In this document: positions 37,440 to 46,978 of the stretch, piece after piece
Position numbering within the stretch: position 1 is the stretch's first letter
Layout of the letters: every line of letters starts with the position of its first letter
Origin: Gemmatimonadales bacterium
GTDB lineage: Bacteria > Gemmatimonadota > Gemmatimonadetes > Gemmatimonadales > GWC2-71-9
Direction: 5' to 3'
Assembly (NCBI GenBank): GCA_038321865.1
Contig: JBBQFH010000013.1
Location: 9,463-73,462 of the forward strand
DNA length: 64,000 nt
Notes under the pieces: generated by a model
Told to the model about the DNA's origin: nothing
The model's input: only the letters and a program-made list of their open reading frames with translations
The model's database searches: none
Made by a program: the position numbers and the translations under genes

Positions 37440-37440
37440 G
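37411..37440 (+). repeat. attR-like degenerate copy of the tRNA-Cys 3' end
   Basis: ACCGGTTCGACTCCGGTCtGCaCCTgTGAG vs tRNA ACCGGTTCGACTCCGGTCGGCGCCTCTGAG. Confidence 0.8.
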
Positions 37441-37467
37441 TCGGGGAAAGTAGCCAGGAAAGGCAGG

Positions 37468-38373
37468 ATGGTGCCCGCGCTACGCTGCGTGCTGCTGTCA
37501 CTGCTCGTCGTGTCGGCTCCGATCCAGGCCCAGGCCCCGTCGCTCGCGGCCGTCGTCGTGCTGCTCGGCACCGGCATGCCCCGGCCGGATCCCGCCGCAT
37601 CCGGGCCCGCGACGGCGGTGGTCATCGGCTCCCGGGTCCTGTTGTTCGATGCCGGGCCCGGCGTCGAGCGGCAGCTCCGGGCCGCCGGCCTGCCCATCGC
37701 CGGCGTCACCGCACTCTTCGTCACCCACCTGCACAGCGATCACACCCTCGGCTATCCCGATCTCATCCTGACGTCCTGGGTCATGGGACGCGACCGGCCG
37801 CTCGACGCCTACGGCCCGCCCGGACTACGCCGCATGACGGCGCACCTGCTCGCGGCCTTCGACGAGGACATCCGGATCAGGAGCGACGGCCTGGAGCACG
37901 AGCCGAGACTCGCACCGCAGGTGCGGGTGCACGAGATCCAGCCCGGCGTCGTATACGACAGCGGAGGGGTGCGCGTCACGGCGATCCCCGTGCTCCACGG
38001 CGCCTGGAAGTACGCGTACGGATACCGGATCGACACGCCGGGGCGGTCGATCGTGATCTCGGGCGACACCCGGCCGTCGCCGGCGCTCGAGGCGGCCAGT
38101 CGTGCAGTGGACGTGCTGGTGCATGAGGTATACGCCGCCGCCCGGCTCAGACCCGAGCCCCGGCCCGGCGGCGAGGATTGGCCCGCGTACATGCGGGCTT
38201 TCCATACTTCCGACACGGAGCTCGGCGCACTGGCGGCGCGCGCCGGGCCGAAGCTGCTCATCCTGAGCCACCTGATCCGGATGGGTGCGAGCGATCAGGA
38301 GCTGCTGGACGGTGTCCGGGCCGGGGGGTTCCAGGGGAGAACGGTCGTCGGCCGGGATCTTGACCGCTACTGA
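37468..38373 (+). CDS. Secreted MBL-fold hydrolase (RNase Z/arylsulfatase AtsA-like)
   Basis: LLGTG, FDAG, THLHSDH, ISGDT, LVHE, FHT, LSH; signal peptide. Confidence 0.88.
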   Translation: MVPALRCVLLSLLVVSAPIQAQAPSLAAVVVLLGTGMPRPDPAASGPATAVVIGSRVLLFDAGPGVERQLRAAGLPIAGVTALFVTHLHSDHTLGYPDLILTSWVMGRDRPLDAYGPPGLRRMTAHLLAAFDEDIRIRSDGLEHEPRLAPQVRVHEIQPGVVYDSGGVRVTAIPVLHGAWKYAYGYRIDTPGRSIVISGDTRPSPALEAASRAVDVLVHEVYAAARLRPEPRPGGEDWPAYMRAFHTSDTELGALAARAGPKLLILSHLIRMGASDQELLDGVRAGGFQGRTVVGRDLDRY

Positions 38374-38455
38374 CCTTTACTGTGGCTCATAATAGAAGGG
38401 CACGATTGCGACGACGCTGTCGCCGGCAGAGAACCCGAAATTGGTCAGGCGGCGC

Positions 38456-39631
38456 TCACGCCCGCCGCCCAGGGCCGAAGGGTTCAGTGCCCTCCTCCAG
38501 GATCGCCACGTACGGGGTGTAGCTGAACACGCGGTCGCGCAGACGGTCTCCCAGCCGCTGTACCACGTCCAGCCGCTCGAGGTGCGCCAGCGACTTGTTG
38601 ATCGTGGCGGGCGTGAGACCCGTCGCCTCGACCAGCGCCGTCGTGTTGGTGACCGGCCGCGACGCCAATGCCTGGTGCACGGCGAGGGCCGACGGCGCCG
38701 CGCGGCCCAGCTGCGCGATCCTTGCACGATCGTGCTCCACGAGCGCATGCAGCCGCTGGATGGCACCGACGGCCAGGGTGGCGCTTTCCAGCACGGCGTC
38801 GGCGAAGAAGCGTAGCCACGTCTCCCAGTCGCCTGAGCGGCGGGTGACATCGAGCAGCTCGTAGTATCGCTGCCGGTGCTGTTTGAAGTAGAGCGAGAGA
38901 TAGAGCAGTGGCTCGCGCAGCACTCCTTCCTGGCACAGCAGCAGCGTGATCAGCATCCGCCCAACCCGGCCATTGCCGTCGAGGAACGGATGAATGGTCT
39001 CGAACTGGATGTGGCTCAGCGCGGCCTTGATGAGCGGCGACGTCGTCTCGTCGTGCAGGAACCGCTCGAGCCGGCCCATGCAATCGGCGACCTCATGGGC
39101 CGGCGGCGGCACGAAGACCGCATTGCCGGGCCGAGTCCCGCCAATCCAGTTCTGGGCGCGGCGGAACTCGCCGGGGTCGGCGTGTTGCCCGTCGCCGCCC
39201 TTCATCAGCCGGCGGTGTACCTCGCGGATCAGCCGCGATGAGAGCGGGAAGCCGCTCCGCAGGCGCTTGAGCCCGTGGTCGAGCGCGGTGACGTAGCGGC
39301 TCACCTCACGGGTGTCGGTGACCGGCGCCTGTCCGGCTTCGCCGAGTTCGAATAGCAGCAGGTCGGTGAAGCTGGAGCGCGTCCCCTCGATCATTGAGGA
39401 GAGCACCGCCTCCTTTCTGACCAGCGAATCGAGCAGGAGCGAGGTGTCGGGCAGAAGCTGGGAGATTGCGTCGAGCCGGCCGAGGGAGAGGACCGCGTCG
39501 TCAAAGCGGGCGCGCAGCGCCGGCGACCAGACAATCGCCGGCTTCGGCGGAAGCGGGGCGGGGACGAATGCCCGCACCGTCTCGCCGCCCGCCGTGACCG
39601 AGTGGTAGCGGCCCTGCAGCCCGCGCTTCAT
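38456..39631 (-). CDS. Second Fic-family protein (class II, C-terminal HTH-like domain)
   Basis: HPFLDGNGRVGR; SSMIEG; C-terminal TTALVEATGLTPATINKSLAHL. Confidence 0.92.
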   Translation of the reverse strand: MKRGLQGRYHSVTAGGETVRAFVPAPLPPKPAIVWSPALRARFDDAVLSLGRLDAISQLLPDTSLLLDSLVRKEAVLSSMIEGTRSSFTDLLLFELGEAGQAPVTDTREVSRYVTALDHGLKRLRSGFPLSSRLIREVHRRLMKGGDGQHADPGEFRRAQNWIGGTRPGNAVFVPPPAHEVADCMGRLERFLHDETTSPLIKAALSHIQFETIHPFLDGNGRVGRMLITLLLCQEGVLREPLLYLSLYFKQHRQRYYELLDVTRRSGDWETWLRFFADAVLESATLAVGAIQRLHALVEHDRARIAQLGRAAPSALAVHQALASRPVTNTTALVEATGLTPATINKSLAHLERLDVVQRLGDRLRDRVFSYTPYVAILEEGTEPFGPGRRA

Positions 39632-39815
39632 GTGATGGCAAGCTCAATTAGGGAGTATCGCTAATTTAGGATAGAGGCTGTGACTAAATCAAGGTCGCTG
39701 GCCATTTGAGGGCGACCGACATGACACCCCGCGCTGGGGTCTGCTGCCTGTGCCGCCGTTATACACAGTTAACATTTGAGATGCTTGACTTACCCGATCT
39801 CCGGCACTATCTACC

Positions 39816-40145
39816 GTGGTGCGCACCCTCACTGCCCTCTTGTTGCTGCCCGGCCTGCTGTCCATGTCCGGACCGGTGCCCCGACACCGGCCGGGCCGGG
39901 ACCGCGCGATCGTGATCGAGAACTTCGCGTATGCTCCCGCGACCGATACGGTGCGGGTCGGACAGGCCGTCACCTGGACCAACCGCGACATCCTCCCTCA
40001 TACCGTGACCGGTACCTCGCCGCGGCTGGCGTCGGGCAGCATCGCCGCCGGCGGCTCCTGGCGCTACGTCGCCACCCGGCGAGGGACCTTCACCTATCAC
40101 TGCCGGTTCCATCCGACCATGCACGGCACGCTCGTCGTGCGATGA
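39816..40145 (+). CDS. Cupredoxin (amicyanin/plastocyanin-like)
   Basis: VTWTN.D..PHTVT and YHCRFHPTM type-1 copper ligands; signal peptide. Confidence 0.85.
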   Translation: MVRTLTALLLLPGLLSMSGPVPRHRPGRDRAIVIENFAYAPATDTVRVGQAVTWTNRDILPHTVTGTSPRLASGSIAAGGSWRYVATRRGTFTYHCRFHPTMHGTLVVR

Positions 40146-40195
40146 CCCGCACCGCGGGTCGGCGCGGTGCTCCACTTCCAGACAACGAGACCACC

Positions 40196-40717
40196 ATGAA
40201 GCTCCATCGCATTCTTGCCGGCCTGCTGGCCACCTCAGCCGGTGTCGCCGCGGCCGCGCTCGCGCAGGCTCCGACCGATCCCCAGATCGCCGCCATCGTC
40301 GTGGACGCCAACCGCGTGGACATCGCCGCCGGCAAGCTCGCCGTGGCCCGGTCGCACAACGCGCAGGTCAAGGCCTTCGCGCGCGACATGATCCGGGACC
40401 ATTCCGCTGTGAATGCCCAGGCCGTCAAGCTCGTCACCAGATTGCACGTGAAGCCGGAAGAGAACGCCACCAGCCGTCAGCTGACCGCGGGCGGCGTCAC
40501 CAACCGGAAGAACCTGCAGACGAAGCGCGGGTCCGCCTTCGATCACGCCTACATCGACAACGAGGTGGCCTACCACCAGGCCGTGCTCGATGCGGTGGAC
40601 CAGACGCTGATCCCGAGCGCGTCCAACGCCGAGCTGAAGGACCTGCTCACCAAGACGCGGCCGGCATTCGTGGCGCACCTGGCGCATGCGAAGCAGGTGC
40701 AGGCCGCGCTGAAGTAG
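40196..40717 (+). CDS. DUF4142 domain secreted ferritin-like protein
   Basis: TDPQIAAI, VKAFARDMIRDH, FDHAYIDNEVAYH, LIPSA.NAELK, HLAHA. Confidence 0.85.
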   Translation: MKLHRILAGLLATSAGVAAAALAQAPTDPQIAAIVVDANRVDIAAGKLAVARSHNAQVKAFARDMIRDHSAVNAQAVKLVTRLHVKPEENATSRQLTAGGVTNRKNLQTKRGSAFDHAYIDNEVAYHQAVLDAVDQTLIPSASNAELKDLLTKTRPAFVAHLAHAKQVQAALK

Positions 40718-40743
40718 ACCAACACTCGCGGGAGGCGTCTGGA

Positions 40744-41139
40744 ATGAACGCGCGACTGATTCCCGTCATGCTGGCGCTGCTGGCGGGCTGCTCCAGTTCC
40801 ACCAGCCCCAGCACCACGCCGGGCGTGGATGTCTCCATTCAGCCCGGCGCCGCCGCGAAGACAACCGACGCCTTTGCCCCGAGCCCGTTCACGGTCTCGC
40901 TCAGTTCCGGCGGGATCGTGCACTGGCGGAATGGCGATGTCGGCTCCTCCGGCGATGCCTACGGCAACGGCGCCACTCCCGGCACGACCCATGACATCGC
41001 GTCGGACACCCCGGGCCTGTTCGATTCGGGATCGCTGGCGCCCGGCGCCCTGTTCCAGCACACCTTCGCGGTGGCGGGCACCTATCACTACCACTGTGCC
41101 ATCCACCCGACCATGACGGGGATCATCGTCGTCAACTGA
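40744..41139 (+). CDS. Cupredoxin lipoprotein
   Basis: Lipobox LAGC; THDI...FDSG.L...YHYHCAIHPTM. Confidence 0.85.
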   Translation: MNARLIPVMLALLAGCSSSTSPSTTPGVDVSIQPGAAAKTTDAFAPSPFTVSLSSGGIVHWRNGDVGSSGDAYGNGATPGTTHDIASDTPGLFDSGSLAPGALFQHTFAVAGTYHYHCAIHPTMTGIIVVN

Positions 41140-41206
41140 CGGCGGCAGGGCTGGACCATCGCTGGCGGCGGCAATGACCTAGATTCCGTCATCACCCGCT
41201 CCGAGG

Positions 41207-42868
41207 ATGCGTCCAGCCATGCGCCTTCCCGTCATTGTCGCTCTCCTGCTCGGCGCCGCGTCGGCGCTGCCGGCCCAGACCCCCGTCTACACCCGCGCCG
41301 ATACCCTGCGCGGATCCTACGAGACGCCGGGCCGGGCCTGGTGGGACGTCACCTTCTACGATCTGCACGTTGCGATCAGTCCGGCCGACAGCAGCATCCA
41401 CGGCTGGAACGGGATCACCTACCGCGTAACCAAGGCGGGACAGGAGCTGCAGATCGACCTGATGACGCCGCTCGAGGTGGACAGCATGGTGCAGGACGGC
41501 GCCCGCGTCCCCTTCCGGCGGGACAGCAACGCCTTCTTCGCCACGCCGGCAACGCCGGCCCGCACCGGTGACCTCCGCACGATCACCGTCTACTACCACG
41601 GACGCCCCCGCGTCGCGCGCCGTCCGCCCTGGGAAGGTGGCTACTCCTGGTCGGTGGACAGTCTCGGCCGCCCCTGGATCGTCACGACCGATCAGGGCGT
41701 CGGTGCCAGCATCTGGTGGCCCAACAAGGACACCCAGGCCGACGAGCCGGACAGCCAGCGCGTGGCGCTCACCGTCCCGGACTCGCTGCAGGAAGTCTCC
41801 AACGGCCGGCTCCGGAGCACGACGCACAATGCGGACGGGACCACGACCTACGAATGGTTCGCCGTCAACCCGATCAACAACTACGCGATCGCCGTCGCCG
41901 CCGGCCACTACGCCCATTTCAGCGACACCCTCCAGGGCGAGGGCGGCCGGCTCACCCTCGACTACTGGCCGCTCGACTACCATCTCGACGCCGCGAAACG
42001 GCAGTTTCCCCAGTCCGTCTCGATGCTGAAATGCTTCGAGCACTGGTTCGGCCCGTACCCCTGGTACGAGGACGGCTACAAGCTGATCGAGGTGTCCAAC
42101 AACGGCATGGAGCATCAGAGCGCCGTCGCCTACGGCAACCGCTACGCCAACGGTTACCGCGGACGGGACGCCTCCGGCACCGGCCTCGGCCTCAAGTGGG
42201 ATTTCATCATCGTGCATGAAAGCGCCCACGAATGGTTCGGCAACAACATCACGACGAAGGACCTCGCCGACATGTGGGTGCACGAAAGCTTCGCCAACTA
42301 CGCCGAAGGGCTCTACACCGAGTGCCTGTTCGGAAAGGAGGCGGGAGCCGACTACATCGTCGGCAACCGGAAGGGGATCCGGAACGACCGCCCGATCGTC
42401 CCAGCCGCCTACGGCGTGAACGCCCAGGGCTCGGGCGACATGTATCCCAAGGGCGGCGCGATGCTGCACACGATCCGGCAGATCGTGGGCAACGACGAGA
42501 AGTGGCGCGGCATTCTCCGGGGACTCAACTCGACCTTCCGCCACCAGACCGTCACCGGCCGGCAGGTGCAGGACTACATCAGCCACCAGGCCGGCACCGA
42601 CCTCTCGAAGGTCTTCGAGCAGTACCTCACGACGATCAAGGTCCCGGTGCTGGAATACCGGATCACGGGGAAGACCCTCTCCTACCGCTGGGCCGACGTG
42701 GTACCCGGTTTCGCCATGCCGGTCGCCGTAACCCTCGGCGACAGCACGTACGGCATCATCCACCCGACCGAGAAATGGAAGACGAAGAAGATCGCGCTGA
42801 CCGACCCGGCCGCCTTCAAGGTGGACCGCAACTACTACGTGACCGCGCGGAATGCTGCGGCGAACTGA
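41207..42868 (+). CDS. M1 family metalloaminopeptidase, secreted
   Basis: GMEHQ, HESAHEWFGN...WVHESF (HExxH-x18-E), MYPKG; alternative start 41219. Confidence 0.92.
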   Translation: MRPAMRLPVIVALLLGAASALPAQTPVYTRADTLRGSYETPGRAWWDVTFYDLHVAISPADSSIHGWNGITYRVTKAGQELQIDLMTPLEVDSMVQDGARVPFRRDSNAFFATPATPARTGDLRTITVYYHGRPRVARRPPWEGGYSWSVDSLGRPWIVTTDQGVGASIWWPNKDTQADEPDSQRVALTVPDSLQEVSNGRLRSTTHNADGTTTYEWFAVNPINNYAIAVAAGHYAHFSDTLQGEGGRLTLDYWPLDYHLDAAKRQFPQSVSMLKCFEHWFGPYPWYEDGYKLIEVSNNGMEHQSAVAYGNRYANGYRGRDASGTGLGLKWDFIIVHESAHEWFGNNITTKDLADMWVHESFANYAEGLYTECLFGKEAGADYIVGNRKGIRNDRPIVPAAYGVNAQGSGDMYPKGGAMLHTIRQIVGNDEKWRGILRGLNSTFRHQTVTGRQVQDYISHQAGTDLSKVFEQYLTTIKVPVLEYRITGKTLSYRWADVVPGFAMPVAVTLGDSTYGIIHPTEKWKTKKIALTDPAAFKVDRNYYVTARNAAAN

Positions 42869-42881
42869 GCGGCCCGGCGGC

Positions 42882-43394
42882 ATGTCGCACCCGGCGCGCG
42901 CGCTGGCCTTTCTGCGCATCGTCACCGGGCTCTACTTCGCCAAGACGATGTTCACCAAGTTCGCCATCGTGTTCGTGGGCGGATGGCTGCCGCTGCCGGG
43001 TCCCTCCGCGCGCTGGATCGCGACGCTGCCGGTGCTGGTGGGGAAGCAGGCCGCCGGCAATCCGGTCGAGTGGTACCGCAACTTCCTGGTCGATACGGTG
43101 ATCCCGCACGCGCACCTGTTCGCCGTCCTCACCGCCTGGGGTGAGGCGGTCGTCGGCATCCTGCTGACGCTGGGGTTCCTGACCGGGATCGGATCGCTGG
43201 TGGGATTGATTCTCGTCGTGAGCTACGGGCTGGCCACGCAGTGGATGTCGCCGGGCCAGCAGGGCTTCCACCTGCTGCTGGTGTCGCAGATGCTGGTCTT
43301 CTTCCTGGCCCGGGCCGGCCGCCGCTGGGGCGTGGACGGCGTGCTGGCCCGCACCCGCCCGAAATCGCTGCTCGCGCGCCGGCCGTTCTCCTGA
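42882..43394 (+). CDS. DoxX/DoxD-family membrane protein
   Basis: LRIVTG, WYRNFL..VIP, GEAVVGILL.LG, AGRRWGVDG. Confidence 0.8.
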   Translation: MSHPARALAFLRIVTGLYFAKTMFTKFAIVFVGGWLPLPGPSARWIATLPVLVGKQAAGNPVEWYRNFLVDTVIPHAHLFAVLTAWGEAVVGILLTLGFLTGIGSLVGLILVVSYGLATQWMSPGQQGFHLLLVSQMLVFFLARAGRRWGVDGVLARTRPKSLLARRPFS

Positions 43395-43395
43395 G

Positions 43396-44418
43396 CTAGC
43401 GGCCGATCGCGACGCCCCACGGCGACCGGCCCACCGGGATCCGCCGGGTCACCGCCAGCGTCGCCGCGTCGAGCACGGTGACGTCATTCGACGGCCCGTT
43501 CGCCGTATAGAGCCGGCGCCCGTCCGCGCTGATCGCGATCCCCCACGGCCGCTTCCCGACCGGAACCGTGCGGACCACCCGCCCCGTGCCCGCATCGATC
43601 ACCGACAGCGTACCACCGCGCCCGTTGGTCACGTAGACGCGCCTCCCGTCGGCCGAAACGGCGATGCCCATCGGCTTCGAGCCGGCCGGCATCTGAATCA
43701 CCGCCGTCACCCGGCGCGCCGATGCGTCCACCACCGAGACGGTCCCGCCCACCTCCGCGGTCACGTACCCCGTCGCCCCGTCGGGCGAGAAGGCGATTCC
43801 CCGCGGCCGCGCTCCCACCTCGAAGTGGACGAGGTGGGCACCGGTGCCGGCGTCGATGACGGTGATGTCGTGGTCGGCTTCACCGGTGATCCAGACCTCG
43901 CGGCCACCGGGCCGCGCCCGCACTCCCTCGGGCTCATGTCCCACCGGTGCCGCCATGATCACCTTCCCGGTCGCCACGTCCACGATCGACGCGGTGCCGG
44001 CGTCCTCGTTCGAGACGTAGAGCCGCTGCCCATCATCGCTGATGTCGAACGCCTCGGGATCGGTTCCGCCGGGCAGCACCCGCTCGACCCGGCGCGCTGC
44101 CACATTCACCACCGCGATCCCGTCCTTCGACCGGTCGACCGCGAGCTTCGCGCAGTCCGCATCGCTCATCGACGGCGGGCACTTGGGCGAGCCGCTCACC
44201 GCCACGAAGACGCGGCCGTCCGGCCCGACTCGCACTCCGCGGGGGCGGGTGCCGACCGGAATCGTCGCGATCACGCGGCCGGAGCCGGCGTCGATCACCG
44301 ACAGGTCGCGCGAATCCTCGTTGGTGACGTACACCAGTCCGTTCGCGCCGGCGGATGTCCGGCACGCCGCACCGGCGATCAGGATGACCGAGGCGACCGC
44401 CAGCCCGCGATTGCGCAT
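43396..44418 (-). CDS. YVTN/YncE beta-propeller lipoprotein
   Basis: YVTN/YVSN repeats, IPVG.RP.G, VSVID; lipobox AAC. Confidence 0.88.
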   Translation of the reverse strand: MRNRGLAVASVILIAGAACRTSAGANGLVYVTNEDSRDLSVIDAGSGRVIATIPVGTRPRGVRVGPDGRVFVAVSGSPKCPPSMSDADCAKLAVDRSKDGIAVVNVAARRVERVLPGGTDPEAFDISDDGQRLYVSNEDAGTASIVDVATGKVIMAAPVGHEPEGVRARPGGREVWITGEADHDITVIDAGTGAHLVHFEVGARPRGIAFSPDGATGYVTAEVGGTVSVVDASARRVTAVIQMPAGSKPMGIAVSADGRRVYVTNGRGGTLSVIDAGTGRVVRTVPVGKRPWGIAISADGRRLYTANGPSNDVTVLDAATLAVTRRIPVGRSPWGVAIGR

Positions 44419-44510
44419 GCTCCGACACTCCCGGTTCGGGACGCCGCACGATTAGCTTCACCCGCGCCGGAAGGGCGGGGTGAATCCATCATAATGAACT
44501 GGGCGGCCAC

Positions 44511-45062
44511 ATGACGCAGCAGTCGGACACCGGCGGGTCGCTCGCGGCGCTGGCCGCGGACCCGGAGCACGCGACGATCCCCGTTCTCTGGTCCGCGCTC
44601 CCGCCGGAGGATCGGCGCCGAGCCGTCGAGCTTGCCGCCGCCGGTGATCGTCAGCTCAGGGGCGTGCTGGTCGGCGTCGTGCGGCAGACGCCCCGGTACC
44701 GCTCGTTCCGTCCCGCCAGCTTTTCCTCCTGGACGCCGGAGCGGCTCGCCGGTGCGGTGCAGCAGCCGGGCCTGCTTCCAGTCGAGATCATGCAGCCCGC
44801 GCTCATCGCGCTCCACCTGCAGGACCGCGCCGGAATGCTCGCGGCCTTTCTCGATGCCGTCGGCGTTCCCCACGTCGACGGCCTGATCCAGGACATGCCG
44901 GAAACGCTGGCGGCGACTCCGGCACAACTCGGAGCCGCCGCCGACGCGCTGCTCGGCCGCTTTCCGGCCGATCAGGTCCTCACATACATCCTCACCCTCC
45001 GCCTGCTCGAGCCCGAGCTGTGGGCCGGCCTCGACTCCTGGCTCGCGGCCAGGCGGCCATAG
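44511..45062 (+). CDS. Conserved hypothetical protein
   Basis: Protein-like ORF (MLAAFLDAVGVPHVDGLI) filling the gap; CATAAT upstream. Confidence 0.65.
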   Translation: MTQQSDTGGSLAALAADPEHATIPVLWSALPPEDRRRAVELAAAGDRQLRGVLVGVVRQTPRYRSFRPASFSSWTPERLAGAVQQPGLLPVEIMQPALIALHLQDRAGMLAAFLDAVGVPHVDGLIQDMPETLAATPAQLGAAADALLGRFPADQVLTYILTLRLLEPELWAGLDSWLAARRP

Positions 45063-45081
45063 CACTCACCGCGAAGGCGCC

Positions 45082-46923
45082 CTAGTACGGAGTCTTCGGC
45101 TCGGGAACGATCACGACCCGGGTGGTACGGCGCGGCGCCGCCGACATCTCGTCGATGTAGGCGACGGCGGCCGACAGCGTAGGGTCGACCGCCGCTCCCA
45201 GCTCGGTGGCGGCCATGGTACGGCCGCCGGCGACGCGATACGAATACTGGGGCAGCGCGCTCAGGTCACGGATCTTGACCAGCATCACGACCGAGTCCCC
45301 CGGCACCGGAATCAGATCGACCGAGGCGATCACGTCGGCACCCAGCAGCGCCGCCACCTGCGAGGCCTCCCGGGTACGGCCCAGCACCCCGCGCACCTCT
45401 CCCTGATCCGCCACCCGGTATTCCTTCCTGCTCCGCAGCAGGTCCCGCAGCTTCCCCACCACCGCCGTCCCGGTCTGTGCCAGCTCCGGATGCCCCGCCA
45501 GCTCCTTCGGTTCGGTGATGACGATCCGGCGCGGCCCGCTCGGCGCGCCGGGCAGCGGTATCCGGAGTGTGTCGAGCCGCATCGACCCGTTCACCATCCG
45601 CTCCATCGTCTGCTGGTTGAAGCGCGGCAAGTCACCCGGGCTGAGCTTGCCCCCCGGGCCGGGCCGGCTCCACTCGGAGAGCGAGGCCCGCACGATCGAA
45701 TCCACCGCGTGTCGCGCAAAGGCGGTGACCGCCTGGGTATCCACGCCGGCGGCGGTCTTTCCCGCGGGTGCCGGCGTGAGCCGCTCCCGCACCGCCCGGG
45801 CGATGGCCAGCGAATCATCGCGGGTGAGCACGGCGCGGGCGGCCTGGGTCTCGACCGTCGGCGCCGCTGGCGCCGCAGCGGGCGCCGCCGGCGGGGCGGG
45901 ACTGGCGGCTGTGATGGTCGCGACCGTCGGGGAATCCTTCGCCGCCCGGTTGCGCGCGGTGAGCAGCGCGGCCGCCGCCAGCAGCAATAGCGCGGCCCCG
46001 GCGATGGCGCGCCGGCGGCGCGATGCTGCCGGCACCGTCGCCGGCATCGAGCGGGTCGGCGTGGTGCCGCCCGACGGAATCGGAATCTGCTCCAGCTCCG
46101 TCAGCAGCTGCTCGGCGGTGGTGGGGCGGTTCTCCGGCGCCTTGGCCAGGCAGCGCATGATCACGCTCGAGAGCGCGGGCGGCACGTCGCCACGGACGGT
46201 GTGCAGCGGCTCGGGATCCCGGGTGAGCTGCGCCGCCATCGTGGCGGTGGGGGACGGACCCGAGAAGGGCGATTCCCCGCTCAGCAGCTCGTAGGCCAGC
46301 AGCCCGACGGCGTAGATGTCCACCCGCTGGTCCGCCGCCGGGTCGGCGGCGAGCTGTTCCGGCGCCATGTAGGCCGGCGTCCCGATCGCCATCCCCGACG
46401 ACGTCATCCCCGACACCGGAAGCGCCGCGCTCAGCGCCTTGGCCACGCCGAAATCGGTGACCAGCGCGTGCTGGCCCTGGGTGAGGATGTTGCCCGGCTT
46501 GATGTCGCGGTGGACCACGCCGCGGGCATGCGCGTATTCCAGCGCATCCACCACGTCATGCAGGATCCGCATCACCTCGCGCACGCTGAGCGGGGCCTTC
46601 CGCTCCAGCCGCGCCCGGAGCGATTCGCCCTCGATGAAGGGCATCGTGTAATACAGGAGCTCGCCGTGCTCGCCGGCGGAGAGGAGCGGCACGATGTGCG
46701 GGTGCTGCAGCTGCGCGGCGAGCTGGATCTCGCGGCGGAACCGCTCGCGATTGACCCCGGCCGCGAGCTCGGGCGGCAGCACCTTGACCACGACCTGGCG
46801 GCCGAGCGCCACGTCCGTCGCCATGAAGACGCGGCTCATCCCGGCGCCCTTGAGCTCGGGGCCGAGTTCGTACGCCGGGGCGAGGGCGTCGCGGAGGTGG
46901 TCGAGGAAGGAGGTCACGGTCAT
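45082..46923 (-). CDS. Hanks-type Ser/Thr protein kinase with TM and extracytoplasmic domain
   Basis: GAGMSRVF, VVVK, HRDIKPGN, DFG, GTPAYMAPE. Confidence 0.92.
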   Translation of the reverse strand: MTVTSFLDHLRDALAPAYELGPELKGAGMSRVFMATDVALGRQVVVKVLPPELAAGVNRERFRREIQLAAQLQHPHIVPLLSAGEHGELLYYTMPFIEGESLRARLERKAPLSVREVMRILHDVVDALEYAHARGVVHRDIKPGNILTQGQHALVTDFGVAKALSAALPVSGMTSSGMAIGTPAYMAPEQLAADPAADQRVDIYAVGLLAYELLSGESPFSGPSPTATMAAQLTRDPEPLHTVRGDVPPALSSVIMRCLAKAPENRPTTAEQLLTELEQIPIPSGGTTPTRSMPATVPAASRRRRAIAGAALLLLAAAALLTARNRAAKDSPTVATITAASPAPPAAPAAAPAAPTVETQAARAVLTRDDSLAIARAVRERLTPAPAGKTAAGVDTQAVTAFARHAVDSIVRASLSEWSRPGPGGKLSPGDLPRFNQQTMERMVNGSMRLDTLRIPLPGAPSGPRRIVITEPKELAGHPELAQTGTAVVGKLRDLLRSRKEYRVADQGEVRGVLGRTREASQVAALLGADVIASVDLIPVPGDSVVMLVKIRDLSALPQYSYRVAGGRTMAATELGAAVDPTLSAAVAYIDEMSAAPRRTTRVVIVPEPKTPY

Positions 46924-46978
46924 GAATATATCTCTTACGCCCTGTGGTCACAGGAGGTTGCAGGCGATAGCTTCCGGG

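Noticed and set aside
44458..44485. TTCACCC...GGGTGAA inverted repeat between divergent genes
   Set aside because: Single 7-bp repeat with no second copy or associated regulator; may be chance.
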